DNA of 64,000 nucleotides from Candidatus Multivorans sp. Its GTDB lineage: Bacteria > Acidobacteriota > Thermoanaerobaculia > Multivoradales > Multivoraceae. The stretch covers positions 672,001 to 736,000 of the forward strand of contig OZ251997.1 in NCBI GenBank assembly GCA_965247095.1, given 5' to 3'. Shown piece by piece: positions 9,010-18,527 of this stretch. The notes under the pieces were generated by a model that searched no databases, was not told the origin of the DNA, and worked only from the letters and a program-made list of their open reading frames with translations. A program made the translations under genes and the position numbers. Position 1 is the stretch's first letter, and each line of letters opens with the position of its first letter.

Positions 9010-10881
9010 TCACCGCTCCTCCAGCCTGAGTCCGCCGCCGGTCAGGGGACGGCCGCGGAAGCGGAGTCCGCCGGTCTCGAGGGAGATGTCGTCGAGCACG
9101 GGCGGGCAGTCGCCGTTGCCCAGGAACACGGTGTGGAGGGCGACGCCGAGCCGGCACGCCAACTGCCGCTCGCGACGGACGGTTGTGTCGCCGATGATCG
9201 GCAGGCCGTCGGTCAGGAGGACGATGTGGCGGTTGCGGCCGGCGCCGCCGCGCAGGCCGTCCAGGGCGGTGCGGAGCGGCGCCTCGTAGTTCGTTTGTCC
9301 GACCGCCTTGGCCTGGCCGGCCTGCTCGGCAAGCCGGGAGTAGGAGCGGTGCAGCAGCCGGCCGCCGACCTGGTGGGGCAGGGCGCGGTGATGGAACTCG
9401 ACGTAGCCGACGCGCATCCGACGGCGCGCGGCGACGCGCAGGATGCCGAGCACCACCTGGCTCGACCACACGGTCAGGCGGCCTGCCATCGACGCCGAAA
9501 TGTCTCGCAGCACGGCGACCGCGCCGCCTGCGTTCCGGCGCTTACGCTCGAACGTGCGCGGCGTCCCGGGTAGCCGGCCCTCGGTGAACAGCACAGCTTC
9601 GATCAGGTCGGCGTCGATCAGCTCATCCAGGTCGCGCAGCGGCCGGTAGCCGCGGGGCTGGCCGCCAGGGTCGGTGTCCGGGTCGATCCGGCCGCGCTCG
9701 ATCCGGCCGACCAGCGCGCGCAGCAGGAGATCGACTTGCGCGGGCGGCGGTGGCTTTCCGAACAGCGTGGGCGGCGCCGGCAGGTCGGCCTGGTCGTCGA
9801 TCCACGAATCGGAGGCGGGCGCTGCCGCCGGCGAGCCATCGGCGTCGTCGTCGCCCTGGGACTGGGCGCCAGGCATCTGGGCGCCGGTCTCGGCCATCGT
9901 CACGTTGGGCGGGTCGCCGAGCAGCTCCTCGAGAATGTGGTCGAAGTCCTCCTGCACCTCGTCCGGCAGGCGGTGGGCGACCATGTAGCGGATGGCGTGA
10001 AGGTCGCGCGGCGCCGCTGCCGGCGCCCCGCGCAGGAAGGCGTGGGCACGGACCAGCCTCAGGGCGGCGGAACTGAAGGAGCGGTCGGACATCAGACGGT
10101 CGCCCGACGCCGACTCGTCGGCGCTGCGCTGACGCAACCGGTCCAGCAGGCGGTGGTAGGCCGAGAGGGTTCGTGGCTCAATCTGGAGGGCCGCTGCGGC
10201 CCGTTGGGCGGCCTTGCGGGTGGCGGTGTTCATCACCGAGGACAGTTGCGCAACCTGCCGGGGACGGTGGGAAGCCCGTTGGAGCAGGACAGCCGCCTCG
10301 TCGAAGAGTCCGCCCACCAGCAGGCCGGTGACCCGGAGTTGCACTGCGAAGCGATCGAGTTGGCCCGGTTCCAGCGGGTCGGTCGGCGCTTCGACCTGCT
10401 CCAGCGGGCCGGTGGCAACCGCCGACTCGAGCGGCAGCACCTGCCCCAGGGCGCGCCGCTCGGCGAGGATCCGCAGCAGGGGACCGAGGGCTTCCCCCGG
10501 AGAGCGGGGTAGATCCTCCAGTAACGCGACTTCGGCCTGGAGCAGGGGTCCCGGGATCAACTCCCTGCGGAGGCGTTCATGACCGCGGTAGCGGTGCCGG
10601 CTGAGCAGGACATCGCCGAGCAGGTCGGTCTCGCGGATGTCACGGTGGAAGACGAGCGTGTGGGTTCGGGCGCCGGACATTGCCGCGAGCGCCGCGGCAA
10701 GTTCCGACTTGCCGCAGCCGGGCGGACCTTCCAGGTAGGCGTGCTGCTCGGCCAGCAGCGCCAGGGTCAGCCCGGTCGCGGCGTCGTCCTGACCGACGAG
10801 CACCCGTCCCAGCGCCGTTCGCAGTTCGGCGAAGGCGGCGGAGAGCTCCGTGGTGCGGCGGTCCGGGGCGGGCAGAGTCAC
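9010..10881 (-). CDS. AAA+ (MoxR/RavA-like) - acidic/Pro linker - vWA fusion protein
   Basis: Walker A GPPGCGKS and QLDRF. C-terminal vWA with MIDAS elements DISAS, GQTNY and VLLTDG. Confidence 0.85.
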   Translation of the reverse strand: MTLPAPDRRTTELSAAFAELRTALGRVLVGQDDAATGLTLALLAEQHAYLEGPPGCGKSELAAALAAMSGARTHTLVFHRDIRETDLLGDVLLSRHRYRGHERLRRELIPGPLLQAEVALLEDLPRSPGEALGPLLRILAERRALGQVLPLESAVATGPLEQVEAPTDPLEPGQLDRFAVQLRVTGLLVGGLFDEAAVLLQRASHRPRQVAQLSSVMNTATRKAAQRAAAALQIEPRTLSAYHRLLDRLRQRSADESASGDRLMSDRSFSSAALRLVRAHAFLRGAPAAAPRDLHAIRYMVAHRLPDEVQEDFDHILEELLGDPPNVTMAETGAQMPGAQSQGDDDADGSPAAAPASDSWIDDQADLPAPPTLFGKPPPPAQVDLLLRALVGRIERGRIDPDTDPGGQPRGYRPLRDLDELIDADLIEAVLFTEGRLPGTPRTFERKRRNAGGAVAVLRDISASMAGRLTVWSSQVVLGILRVAARRRMRVGYVEFHHRALPHQVGGRLLHRSYSRLAEQAGQAKAVGQTNYEAPLRTALDGLRGGAGRNRHIVLLTDGLPIIGDTTVRRERQLACRLGVALHTVFLGNGDCPPVLDDISLETGGLRFRGRPLTGGGLRLEER

Positions 10882-11083
10882 GGCGGCGACATGCTACTCG
10901 GGACGGAGCACTCGACAGCAAGGCGCGATGGCTTGAGTGTTGCAGGACGCTAAGTTGAAGTGACGCGTGAGTTGGGGGAAGAACCGGATGGGGTCGGCGG
11001 TTGCTAGGATGGCGGGAGCGTCGCTTCTCCGTGCCGTCGCTGTCATGTGCGACTGGCAGTCAGGAACATAGGAGGTCTGAAGC

Positions 11084-12643
11084 GTGAGCAGAATCGCGAC
11101 GGTTGGACGACGGTGGGCCCTTGCGGTCGCGCTGGTGGCGGGTGCGTTGTTGCTATCGCCCGGTTTCGGATTGGCTGTTGCCGCGGATGCGGTAGTGGGT
11201 AGCGGGGCGACGGCACACGAGAGCGCGGCGGACGACGAGAAGAAGAAGCGGAAGGCGGAGAAGAAGGAAGCCGCCAAGGCGGCGAAGAAAGAGAAGCGGC
11301 TGCAGAAGCAGCGGCGCCAGCGGGGCAAGACTGTGCGAGCGGTCGTCGTTCCCTCGGCGCCTGCAGCCGCGCCGGCGCCCGCGCGTGAAGCTGCCGCGAC
11401 ACCAGCGCCTGAACCCGCGGCTGCGAAGAAGGCGGTTGCGGCGCCGGTGGCCGAACCGAAGCCTGTTCCGGCTAGATCAGCCGCGACGGAACCAGCGCCC
11501 CGGCCTGCTCCTGCACCGGTACGGACCGCTCCGGCGCCGAGCCCCCGGCGCGAGCCGCCGCGTGCCGAGGCACCGGCGCCGCCGCCGGAGAGGACGCGAG
11601 TTCGAGCCGCGACGGCGGCACCCGCGGACATCAGCCTCAACGAGCGGATCCGCGTCGCCGAGGTGCTGCTCGATGTCTTGGTCACGGACAGGAAGGGCAA
11701 CGTGATCGACGATCTTGGCGCCGAGGACTTCGTGGTCCTCCACGACGGCGAGGAGCAGGAAGTCGTGAGCGCCTCCTTCTACGGCGGCCCGAGCGAGTTG
11801 GCGGCATCGGGCGATGGCTCAACCACGCGCACCGACCGGTACTTCATCCTCATGTTCCACGACCAGCGGCTGGAGGCGCCCTTCCTGTTGGGGCCTCAGA
11901 TGGACAACGCCCGCTGGCTCAGGCGTTGGATCGAGGAGGAGCTGCAGCCGAACGATCAGGTAGCCGTGTTCGCCTACCAGACGCGGCTCAAGTTCTACCT
12001 CGACTTCAGTCGGGACCGGGACGAGATTCTGGCGGCGGTCCAAGCTGCCTCGCAGGGCAAGAGGGATCTCGACCGCTGGGTGACGCGGTCGGCGCCGGAG
12101 TTCGACCCGAACTCGCCCTCGCTGGGCGTCAACCTGCCGACCGGCAAGGAGTTGGCGCGTCGGAGCCGCAAGCTGCAGGAGGGCCTGGAACTCCTTGGGG
12201 AGGTTGCCGAAGGCGTCGCTGGCCGCAAGAACCTGATCATGTTCAGCCTCGGTTTTGGGGAGATCGGCCAGTTCGGGAGCTATACCCCGGACGCGCGCTA
12301 CTACCCGCAGATGCGGGAGGCGCTGAACGCCGGCAACGTTGCCGTGTACACGATCGACACGATGGGCAGCCGCCGCAGGGCAATCGCGTCGGGGTCGCTG
12401 AACGACTCGCTGAGCCTGATCTCGAACGACACGGGCGGCCACTACTACGCGAACTTCACGAACATCATGACGCCGATGCGTCAGGTCGCCGGGGAGAACC
12501 AGGGCTACTACCTGTTGAGCTTCCGCTCCGAGTACGAGGCCGGCACCGGCGGCTACCGCAACATCAAGGTCAAGGTCCGCGAGGGCAAGTACAGGGTGCG
12601 GTCCCGCACCGGCTTCCGCTACGGCGAATCGTCGGGGCCGTAA
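11084..12643 (+). CDS. Exported VWFA-related Acidobacterial domain protein with Lys/Ala/Pro-rich N-terminal linker
   Basis: AGGAGG RBS and signal peptide. Motifs VLLDVLVTDRKG..DLGAEDF, GRKNLIMFS, DTGG, YYLL and YRNIKVKV..VRSRTG. Confidence 0.85.
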   Translation: MSRIATVGRRWALAVALVAGALLLSPGFGLAVAADAVVGSGATAHESAADDEKKKRKAEKKEAAKAAKKEKRLQKQRRQRGKTVRAVVVPSAPAAAPAPAREAAATPAPEPAAAKKAVAAPVAEPKPVPARSAATEPAPRPAPAPVRTAPAPSPRREPPRAEAPAPPPERTRVRAATAAPADISLNERIRVAEVLLDVLVTDRKGNVIDDLGAEDFVVLHDGEEQEVVSASFYGGPSELAASGDGSTTRTDRYFILMFHDQRLEAPFLLGPQMDNARWLRRWIEEELQPNDQVAVFAYQTRLKFYLDFSRDRDEILAAVQAASQGKRDLDRWVTRSAPEFDPNSPSLGVNLPTGKELARRSRKLQEGLELLGEVAEGVAGRKNLIMFSLGFGEIGQFGSYTPDARYYPQMREALNAGNVAVYTIDTMGSRRRAIASGSLNDSLSLISNDTGGHYYANFTNIMTPMRQVAGENQGYYLLSFRSEYEAGTGGYRNIKVKVREGKYRVRSRTGFRYGESSGP

Positions 12644-12724
12644 CGCTCACCCGCCTGCGCCTGGGTCGGAGGAGAGGCTCCCAGGTGCCCACCATCAAGA
12701 CAGAGCTTAGGAGGAACGGCATAG

Positions 12725-13603
12725 ATGATCTCCGCCGACGTGCAATACGAGAAGAAGCGGATTGAAGTGCACGGGCACGAGATGGCCTACGTCGACCATG
12801 GCGAGGGCGATCCGATCGTCTTCCTGCACGGCAATCCGACTTCGTCCTACCTGTGGCGCAACGTGATGCCGCATCTCGAGGGCAGGGGCCGTCTGGTGGC
12901 GCCCGACCTGATCGGCATGGGCGACTCGGCGAAGCTGCCGGACAGCGGTCCGGAGCGGTACCGGTTCGTGGAGCACCGGCACTACCTCGACGGGCTGCTG
13001 GAGGCGATCGGCGTCAACTCGAACGTGGTCTTCGTGATCCACGACTGGGGCTCGGCGCTTGGCTTCGACTGGGCCAACCGCCACCGGGATGCCGTCCGTG
13101 GGATCGCCTACATGGAGGCGATCGTCAGCCCGGTCCCGACCTGGGACGCATGGCCCGAGGCGGCGCGGGGGGTGTTCCAGGGGTTCCGCTCGCCGGCCGG
13201 CGAGGGCATGGTGCTGGCGAAGAACGTCTTTGTGGAGCGGGTGCTGCCGGGCTCCGTGCTGCGCAAGATGACGGACGAGGAGATGGCCGTCTACCGGCGG
13301 CCGTTCGAGGACGAGGGCGAGTCCCGCCGGCCGACCCTGACCTGGCCGCGTCAGATCCCGGTCGCCGGCGAGCCGGAGGATGTGGTGGAGATCGTGCAGG
13401 CCTACGCGGACTGGCTGAAGGACTCGGACGTGCCGAAGCTGTTCGTCAACGCGAAGCCTGGCGCGATCCTGACCGGAGCGATGCGGGAACTCTGCCGGAC
13501 CTGGCCGAACCAGACGGAAGTGACGGTCAAGGGTTCCCACTTCATCCAGGAGGACTCCCCGGACGAGATCGGTTCAGCGATCTCGGAATGGTTGCCGGAG
13601 TGA
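12725..13603 (+). CDS. dhaA: Haloalkane dehalogenase (LinB/DhaA subfamily)
   Basis: [14 protein letters not shown], nucleophile elbow [25 protein letters not shown] and HFIQED. Confidence 0.93.
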   Translation: MISADVQYEKKRIEVHGHEMAYVDHGEGDPIVFLHGNPTSSYLWRNVMPHLEGRGRLVAPDLIGMGDSAKLPDSGPERYRFVEHRHYLDGLLEAIGVNSNVVFVIHDWGSALGFDWANRHRDAVRGIAYMEAIVSPVPTWDAWPEAARGVFQGFRSPAGEGMVLAKNVFVERVLPGSVLRKMTDEEMAVYRRPFEDEGESRRPTLTWPRQIPVAGEPEDVVEIVQAYADWLKDSDVPKLFVNAKPGAILTGAMRELCRTWPNQTEVTVKGSHFIQEDSPDEIGSAISEWLPE

Positions 13604-13671
13604 GGTTGTTGCCCCTCCTACTTCGCTGAAATCCGAAACCTGAGAGCCCGAACAATCGGTCAGGGAGCCCC

Positions 13672-15237
13672 ATGACGCACCAGCCATTCCGGGAAGGTAG
13701 TCGTCGTTTTGTACTTGCGGTGAATGCCCTTGCGTGGGCCACCGCGATGGCTGCGGTACCCGGAATGGTCGCGGCCCAGGAATCGGAGAGTGGACCGAGG
13801 CTCGAGGGGATGAAACGGCTCGACCTGCCGGCGGAGATCGCCCGGGCGAGCGACGTGCGGTGGCTGGAGGATGGTGAGCTCGTCCTCGGTGTGATCGGAC
13901 GGGGCCTCTACTCCTGGCGCGCCGGCGACAAGGCGGGCCAACTGAGGGTGGCGCTCGAGGAGCCTGCCGCCGATGTGCTCAATGTCGGCGGGCAGGCCGT
14001 CGTCGATTCCAATCGGTATGAACGGGACTACGGCCATCTTGCCGTTTCGCCCGACGGGACGGCGTTCACGGACCTGTTCTCCGGCATCCACCTGGCGACC
14101 GAGGGTGGGATCGACTCTCAGGCGGCTATGGAGCACGTGGGCGACCTGGACCGGCGTGGTTCGCTGACCGCGGCGGTCGGTCTCGTCCGCAAGGACACCG
14201 ACGGTTGGGCGGAACACGCCGCCTGGTTGATCCCCGACGGCGCGGAGACTGCTCGTGGGCTGCTACCGACGAGGGACGCCGGGCATGGGCTGGAGTTGTG
14301 CAGCGATGCGGAGCTCTCGGTGATCCGTTTCATCTCCGAGGATCGCCTGCTCGTGATCCCTGGCGCCGAACCCGGTGTCTTCGTCTACGACCGCGAAGGG
14401 GCGTTTCACGACAGTCTGGACGCGGAGACCTTCTTCGCCGAGGGCGGCTGCGACGTCGAGGCCAACGAGTGGGGGAGGTCGCCTCTCTTCGATGCGTACG
14501 TTCGGGCCGAGTGGCTTGGCCAGCGTCGCGTGATCGACGAAGTCGTGGCCGACGGTGACGGCAACGTGTACTTCTTCGTTCGGTATGCGGCGGACGGTCC
14601 GGCCGCGGATCGGACAGCCGATACCGAAACTCCGTTTGAACTGCGCCGGCGCCCCGCCGCCGCCGACATCGCGGCCACTCTTCCGAACACAGACCCGGAC
14701 TGTTCCGTCCCGCTCTGTTACGAGCGCGCCGTGCCGGGACGGATACCCGTGGGGGGCGCCTACGATTGGCGGCCGGCAGAGACTACGCGCGATGTGGAGT
14801 CCACCTGGGGACGGTACAGACATCACGTCGCGTTGCGTTCAAGCGCAGCCGCCCGGCCAGCGTGGCAGCAGCCGCCCACCGTCAAAGGACTGCGTCGACA
14901 GCAGCCGGACGAGGCGGTGAAGCAGCCCGGGCAGACCGTGACCTCGCAAGTCAGGGTACGGGCCGGTTCGATCAGTGACCGCGTCGTTGCCTCGGTGCCT
15001 CCGCCCACGGGCAGGGTGTGCTGGGACCTGGTCCACGCCCGCGTGGACGATCTCCGTGCCGTGACCAGGCAATCGTGTGTGGTCGAGTCGGGGTTCGCCG
15101 ATACGCGCCTGCGAGCCGACCTGCGCGCAGACCGGGCGGTGATCCTGCTTCGGGGCGGCGCGTTGCGGGGCGCGGATGTGCGCTCCGCGGAGGCGTTCGA
15201 GGCTCGTCTTCGACCGCCGGTTGGCGCGGAGAACTAG
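13672..15237 (+). CDS. Exported hypothetical protein, probable beta-propeller
   Basis: GGGAG RBS and signal peptide. Blade-like segments (ASDVRWLEDGELV, HLAVSPDG, VFVYDREG, VVADGDGNVYFFV). Confidence 0.7.
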   Translation: MTHQPFREGSRRFVLAVNALAWATAMAAVPGMVAAQESESGPRLEGMKRLDLPAEIARASDVRWLEDGELVLGVIGRGLYSWRAGDKAGQLRVALEEPAADVLNVGGQAVVDSNRYERDYGHLAVSPDGTAFTDLFSGIHLATEGGIDSQAAMEHVGDLDRRGSLTAAVGLVRKDTDGWAEHAAWLIPDGAETARGLLPTRDAGHGLELCSDAELSVIRFISEDRLLVIPGAEPGVFVYDREGAFHDSLDAETFFAEGGCDVEANEWGRSPLFDAYVRAEWLGQRRVIDEVVADGDGNVYFFVRYAADGPAADRTADTETPFELRRRPAAADIAATLPNTDPDCSVPLCYERAVPGRIPVGGAYDWRPAETTRDVESTWGRYRHHVALRSSAAARPAWQQPPTVKGLRRQQPDEAVKQPGQTVTSQVRVRAGSISDRVVASVPPPTGRVCWDLVHARVDDLRAVTRQSCVVESGFADTRLRADLRADRAVILLRGGALRGADVRSAEAFEARLRPPVGAEN

Positions 15238-15241
15238 GACG

Positions 15242-18200
15242 ATGCGGTTTTCAGCCTTTGTTCCTTGGTTGGTGGTCGGAGCGGTTGCCGTCCCGGTGGC
15301 GGGACAGGACGAAGCGGTGGCAAACACGCCGTTCCAGTTCGTATGCGTCAAGGAGAGCGAACCTGTCTTCCTCAACGGGATCGCCGTGCCGGCCGACGAG
15401 ACGTGGGAACGACGGGACGATGTCCCGGCAGGCCGTGCGCCGGCCGACTGCTGGGCTTGGAGCGAGTCCTGTCCGCCGCTGCTTCTCGCGCCCGGACAGA
15501 ACGCGGCTGCCGCCTGCCGCTCCGCGGCGGCCTCCTCAAAGCCCTTGACCGTCCGTATGCTGGCCCCCGAGGCGCCGGACTCGAACGGGGATCCGGTGGA
15601 CGGTACGGTGGCCCCAGCCGAGGTCAGCGTGACCGCGGCGCCGGCGGCGATGTGGCGGCAGGTAGCACGACATCTGCTGCCGACGGCAACCGTCGCGTCC
15701 GGGTCGCTCTCCCTGCCCCGCAATGACGAAACATGGCGCCTCCAGGCGCTGGCGGAAGGTCGAGCCTCGACCTGGCGGGACGTGGCCCCTGAAGAGGGAT
15801 CGGTGGAACTCGTGTTGCGGCGGGCGGTGGATCTCACCGTGCACGTGACCGCCGACGGCGCGCCCCTTGCCGGCGCGCGAATGAACCTGTTGCGGGTTGG
15901 CTCGGGGATGGCCGCCGGACGACCCGAGCCTCTGGGCTTTGGGTTGTCGGACGCTGATGGCAAGGTGAGTTTGACCGTGTCGGAGCGTGAGCGCTCCGCG
16001 GTCCTCGTCTCCCACGTCGCCCGGACCGCTACGGTGTTCGAGCGCTTCGTCGAGGCGCCGTCGGTTGTCGAGCTCGGTCCAGGCTTCGCCGTCACCGGTC
16101 GGACCGTCGATCCGGAAGGACGACCCGTAGCCGGAGTGCGGCTGTTGGGGCTGTCGTGGGTGGAGCACGAACTTCCAATGATGCGGCGCCACCTGGGCCT
16201 CTCCGGACCCGACGGCCGGTTCTCGCTCACCGGCTTCACGAAAGGCGCCGCGTCCCTGCGAACCGACGGCGGCGACTTGGAGTACTCCGAGGCGTTCGAT
16301 CTGGAGGGTTCCCTGGACCTTGGGGCGATTGTGCTGGGGCCGGCCGAGACCTACTGGATCCAGGTCGTCGATGCGAGCCGCGGAACGGCGATACCCGGCG
16401 CACGCGCATCCTCCGAGGCCGGGGAGCAATCCACGACCGACCGGGAGGGAATTGCGCAGGTGTCGCCCCGGTTCGGCCGCAGCCTCATGGTCTCCGCGAA
16501 GGGGTACCGGATGGCGCGGTTCGAGATCGGCGGCGGCGGCACCACGGCCGCAGAACCCTCGCTGCCTGGCTTGCCGATTTTCCCGGTCGATGTGGCCGGC
16601 GGCGCCGGCGCCACGGCTGAAGAACCCCTGGTGCTCCGGCTGGAGCCGGCCTTCACGGTCGAGGGCGTCTTCATTGCGGCCGACGGCGTAACCCCGGCCG
16701 CCTCGGGCCACCTGGTTGCCGCTCGCGACATGGCGAACGGGAGCGCGACCAGGCACAGAACGATCGCCGCGGATGGATCCTTCTCCGCGGACCTCGAGCC
16801 GGGTGCCTACACGCTGGAACTGACGGCAACGAATGCCGGGAGGACGGTGCTCAGCGTCCAGGGGTCGGCGGGGGACGCCCGCGACCTGGGGGTCATCGTG
16901 GCCCCGGCGTCGGCCTGGGTCTCCGGCACCGTGGTGAACTCCGAGTACGTGCCGGTGTTCGAAGCCTCGGTGTCCTACACGAGACCGTCCGAGTACGGCC
17001 GGTTGATGACCCGGGCAATGGGCCAGGTCGCCACGGTCACCACGGATGTCGATGGCGCCTTTGAACTCCACGGCCTTGAGGTGGGAACATCGACGCTCCG
17101 GGTGGAAGCCGAAGGGTTCGCGCCGCTCGAGTTCGAGGTCGAAGCGAACGCGGTCGAGTGGATCGATGCCGGGTTGGTGGAGCTCTCGCGAGGCCGCCGG
17201 ATCACGGTGCGTTCGGATGTCGAGCGCGGGCAGGTCCTGCTTGACCCTGGTGGCCGAAGCCGGCCGCGGGATCTGATCACGGGCGATCTGGAAGAGGGCC
17301 GGGCGCTGCTCGATGCTGTGCCGGAGGGCGCCTTCGTCGTCCGTGTCTCCGAGAATGGCCAGGCGGTCTGCGAGAAGGAGGTGGAGGAGGCCACCGGCGA
17401 CGATGTCGTCACCTGCGATCGCAGCACGGTTACGGTCATCGGCCGCGTCACTCTCGCTGGTCAGCCTGGTGCCGGAGACCTGTTCTGGGGTGCGAAGGAG
17501 AACAGCCGCTACGGAGGAGGCTTCACCACAACTATTATCGGCGGTCTCACCAGGACGCGGGAAGTAGGACCCAGCCGGTCGCAGAACCTGCAGGCTTCTG
17601 TCGACCTCGACGGCAACTACCGCCTCGAGGCAGTGCTTCCCGGCGACTGGAACGTCCGTTGGTCGCCGCCTGATGGCGGCCAGCCGGAGCGCCGCGAAGT
17701 GACCGTCCCGGACGTTCCGGGTGGAGAAGTCACGCTGAACTTCGACTACGGCGCCGTGTCGATTGAAGGCGTCGTGACGGATCCGGAGGGCCAGCCGGTC
17801 CACTTCGCGACGGTCGACCTGTTTCCTCAGCGCTCGGCGGTCATCTCGGATCCGAATGGGCGATTCCAGGTCCTGGGGCTGGCGCCGGGCGCCTACCAGT
17901 TGCGGGCGCGGTTCCGACACCAGCGGTCCGACCTGGTCGACGTCGAACTGCGCGATTACGGCGACCGTCAAACTGTGCAGCTCCAGCTCAGTGACGATCC
18001 GCCGAACGACGAGATCACTATTCACATAAGCGGTGGTGGCGGCGGTCTCTGCTTCATCGAGATGGAAGGGGCTGGTCAGCGGGTGGCCCGGATCGACAAC
18101 GGCGTCGCGACGACGAAGCTCACCCCGCCCCATACCGACCGCGTCCGCATCGCCTGTCAGGCCGACGGACGCTGGATCCTCACCGGTTGGCAGGACCTCG

Positions 18201-18478
18201 AACGGGCACTCGACCGCGGCGTCGAGTTCGATCCCTTCGAGTCCGACTCCTCGATCGTTCTGGAAGGCGAGCCGTCCACCGCCGCGGTGCAGATCACCGG
18301 TCCCGGCGGCTGGGACCTTGGAAAGCTGCGGCTTTGGTTCGGCGGCGCCTCGGCCTTCGCCGTGGGCGAGACGATCTCCAACCTGCCGGTGGGGGAGTAC
18401 ACCCTGCGATGGGGGAATGAGGTGCGGACCGTCTGGACGGAACGGCGGCGGGCCGCGGAAGTCGCGATCGAGGATTGA
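15242..18478 (+). CDS. Large exported protein with multiple carboxypeptidase-regulatory-like (transthyretin-like) domains, paralog 1
   Basis: Signal peptide. Repeated GxVxDxxGxP...A.V...TD.DG.F.L.GL..G.Y.L units. Confidence 0.85.
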   Translation: MRFSAFVPWLVVGAVAVPVAGQDEAVANTPFQFVCVKESEPVFLNGIAVPADETWERRDDVPAGRAPADCWAWSESCPPLLLAPGQNAAAACRSAAASSKPLTVRMLAPEAPDSNGDPVDGTVAPAEVSVTAAPAAMWRQVARHLLPTATVASGSLSLPRNDETWRLQALAEGRASTWRDVAPEEGSVELVLRRAVDLTVHVTADGAPLAGARMNLLRVGSGMAAGRPEPLGFGLSDADGKVSLTVSERERSAVLVSHVARTATVFERFVEAPSVVELGPGFAVTGRTVDPEGRPVAGVRLLGLSWVEHELPMMRRHLGLSGPDGRFSLTGFTKGAASLRTDGGDLEYSEAFDLEGSLDLGAIVLGPAETYWIQVVDASRGTAIPGARASSEAGEQSTTDREGIAQVSPRFGRSLMVSAKGYRMARFEIGGGGTTAAEPSLPGLPIFPVDVAGGAGATAEEPLVLRLEPAFTVEGVFIAADGVTPAASGHLVAARDMANGSATRHRTIAADGSFSADLEPGAYTLELTATNAGRTVLSVQGSAGDARDLGVIVAPASAWVSGTVVNSEYVPVFEASVSYTRPSEYGRLMTRAMGQVATVTTDVDGAFELHGLEVGTSTLRVEAEGFAPLEFEVEANAVEWIDAGLVELSRGRRITVRSDVERGQVLLDPGGRSRPRDLITGDLEEGRALLDAVPEGAFVVRVSENGQAVCEKEVEEATGDDVVTCDRSTVTVIGRVTLAGQPGAGDLFWGAKENSRYGGGFTTTIIGGLTRTREVGPSRSQNLQASVDLDGNYRLEAVLPGDWNVRWSPPDGGQPERREVTVPDVPGGEVTLNFDYGAVSIEGVVTDPEGQPVHFATVDLFPQRSAVISDPNGRFQVLGLAPGAYQLRARFRHQRSDLVDVELRDYGDRQTVQLQLSDDPPNDEITIHISGGGGGLCFIEMEGAGQRVARIDNGVATTKLTPPHTDRVRIACQADGRWILTGWQDLERALDRGVEFDPFESDSSIVLEGEPSTAAVQITGPGGWDLGKLRLWFGGASAFAVGETISNLPVGEYTLRWGNEVRTVWTERRRAAEVAIED

Positions 18479-18527
18479 GTTCTTCAGCGCGAACTCGACC
18501 CGGTCGATATTGGGTAGGGGGATCACA

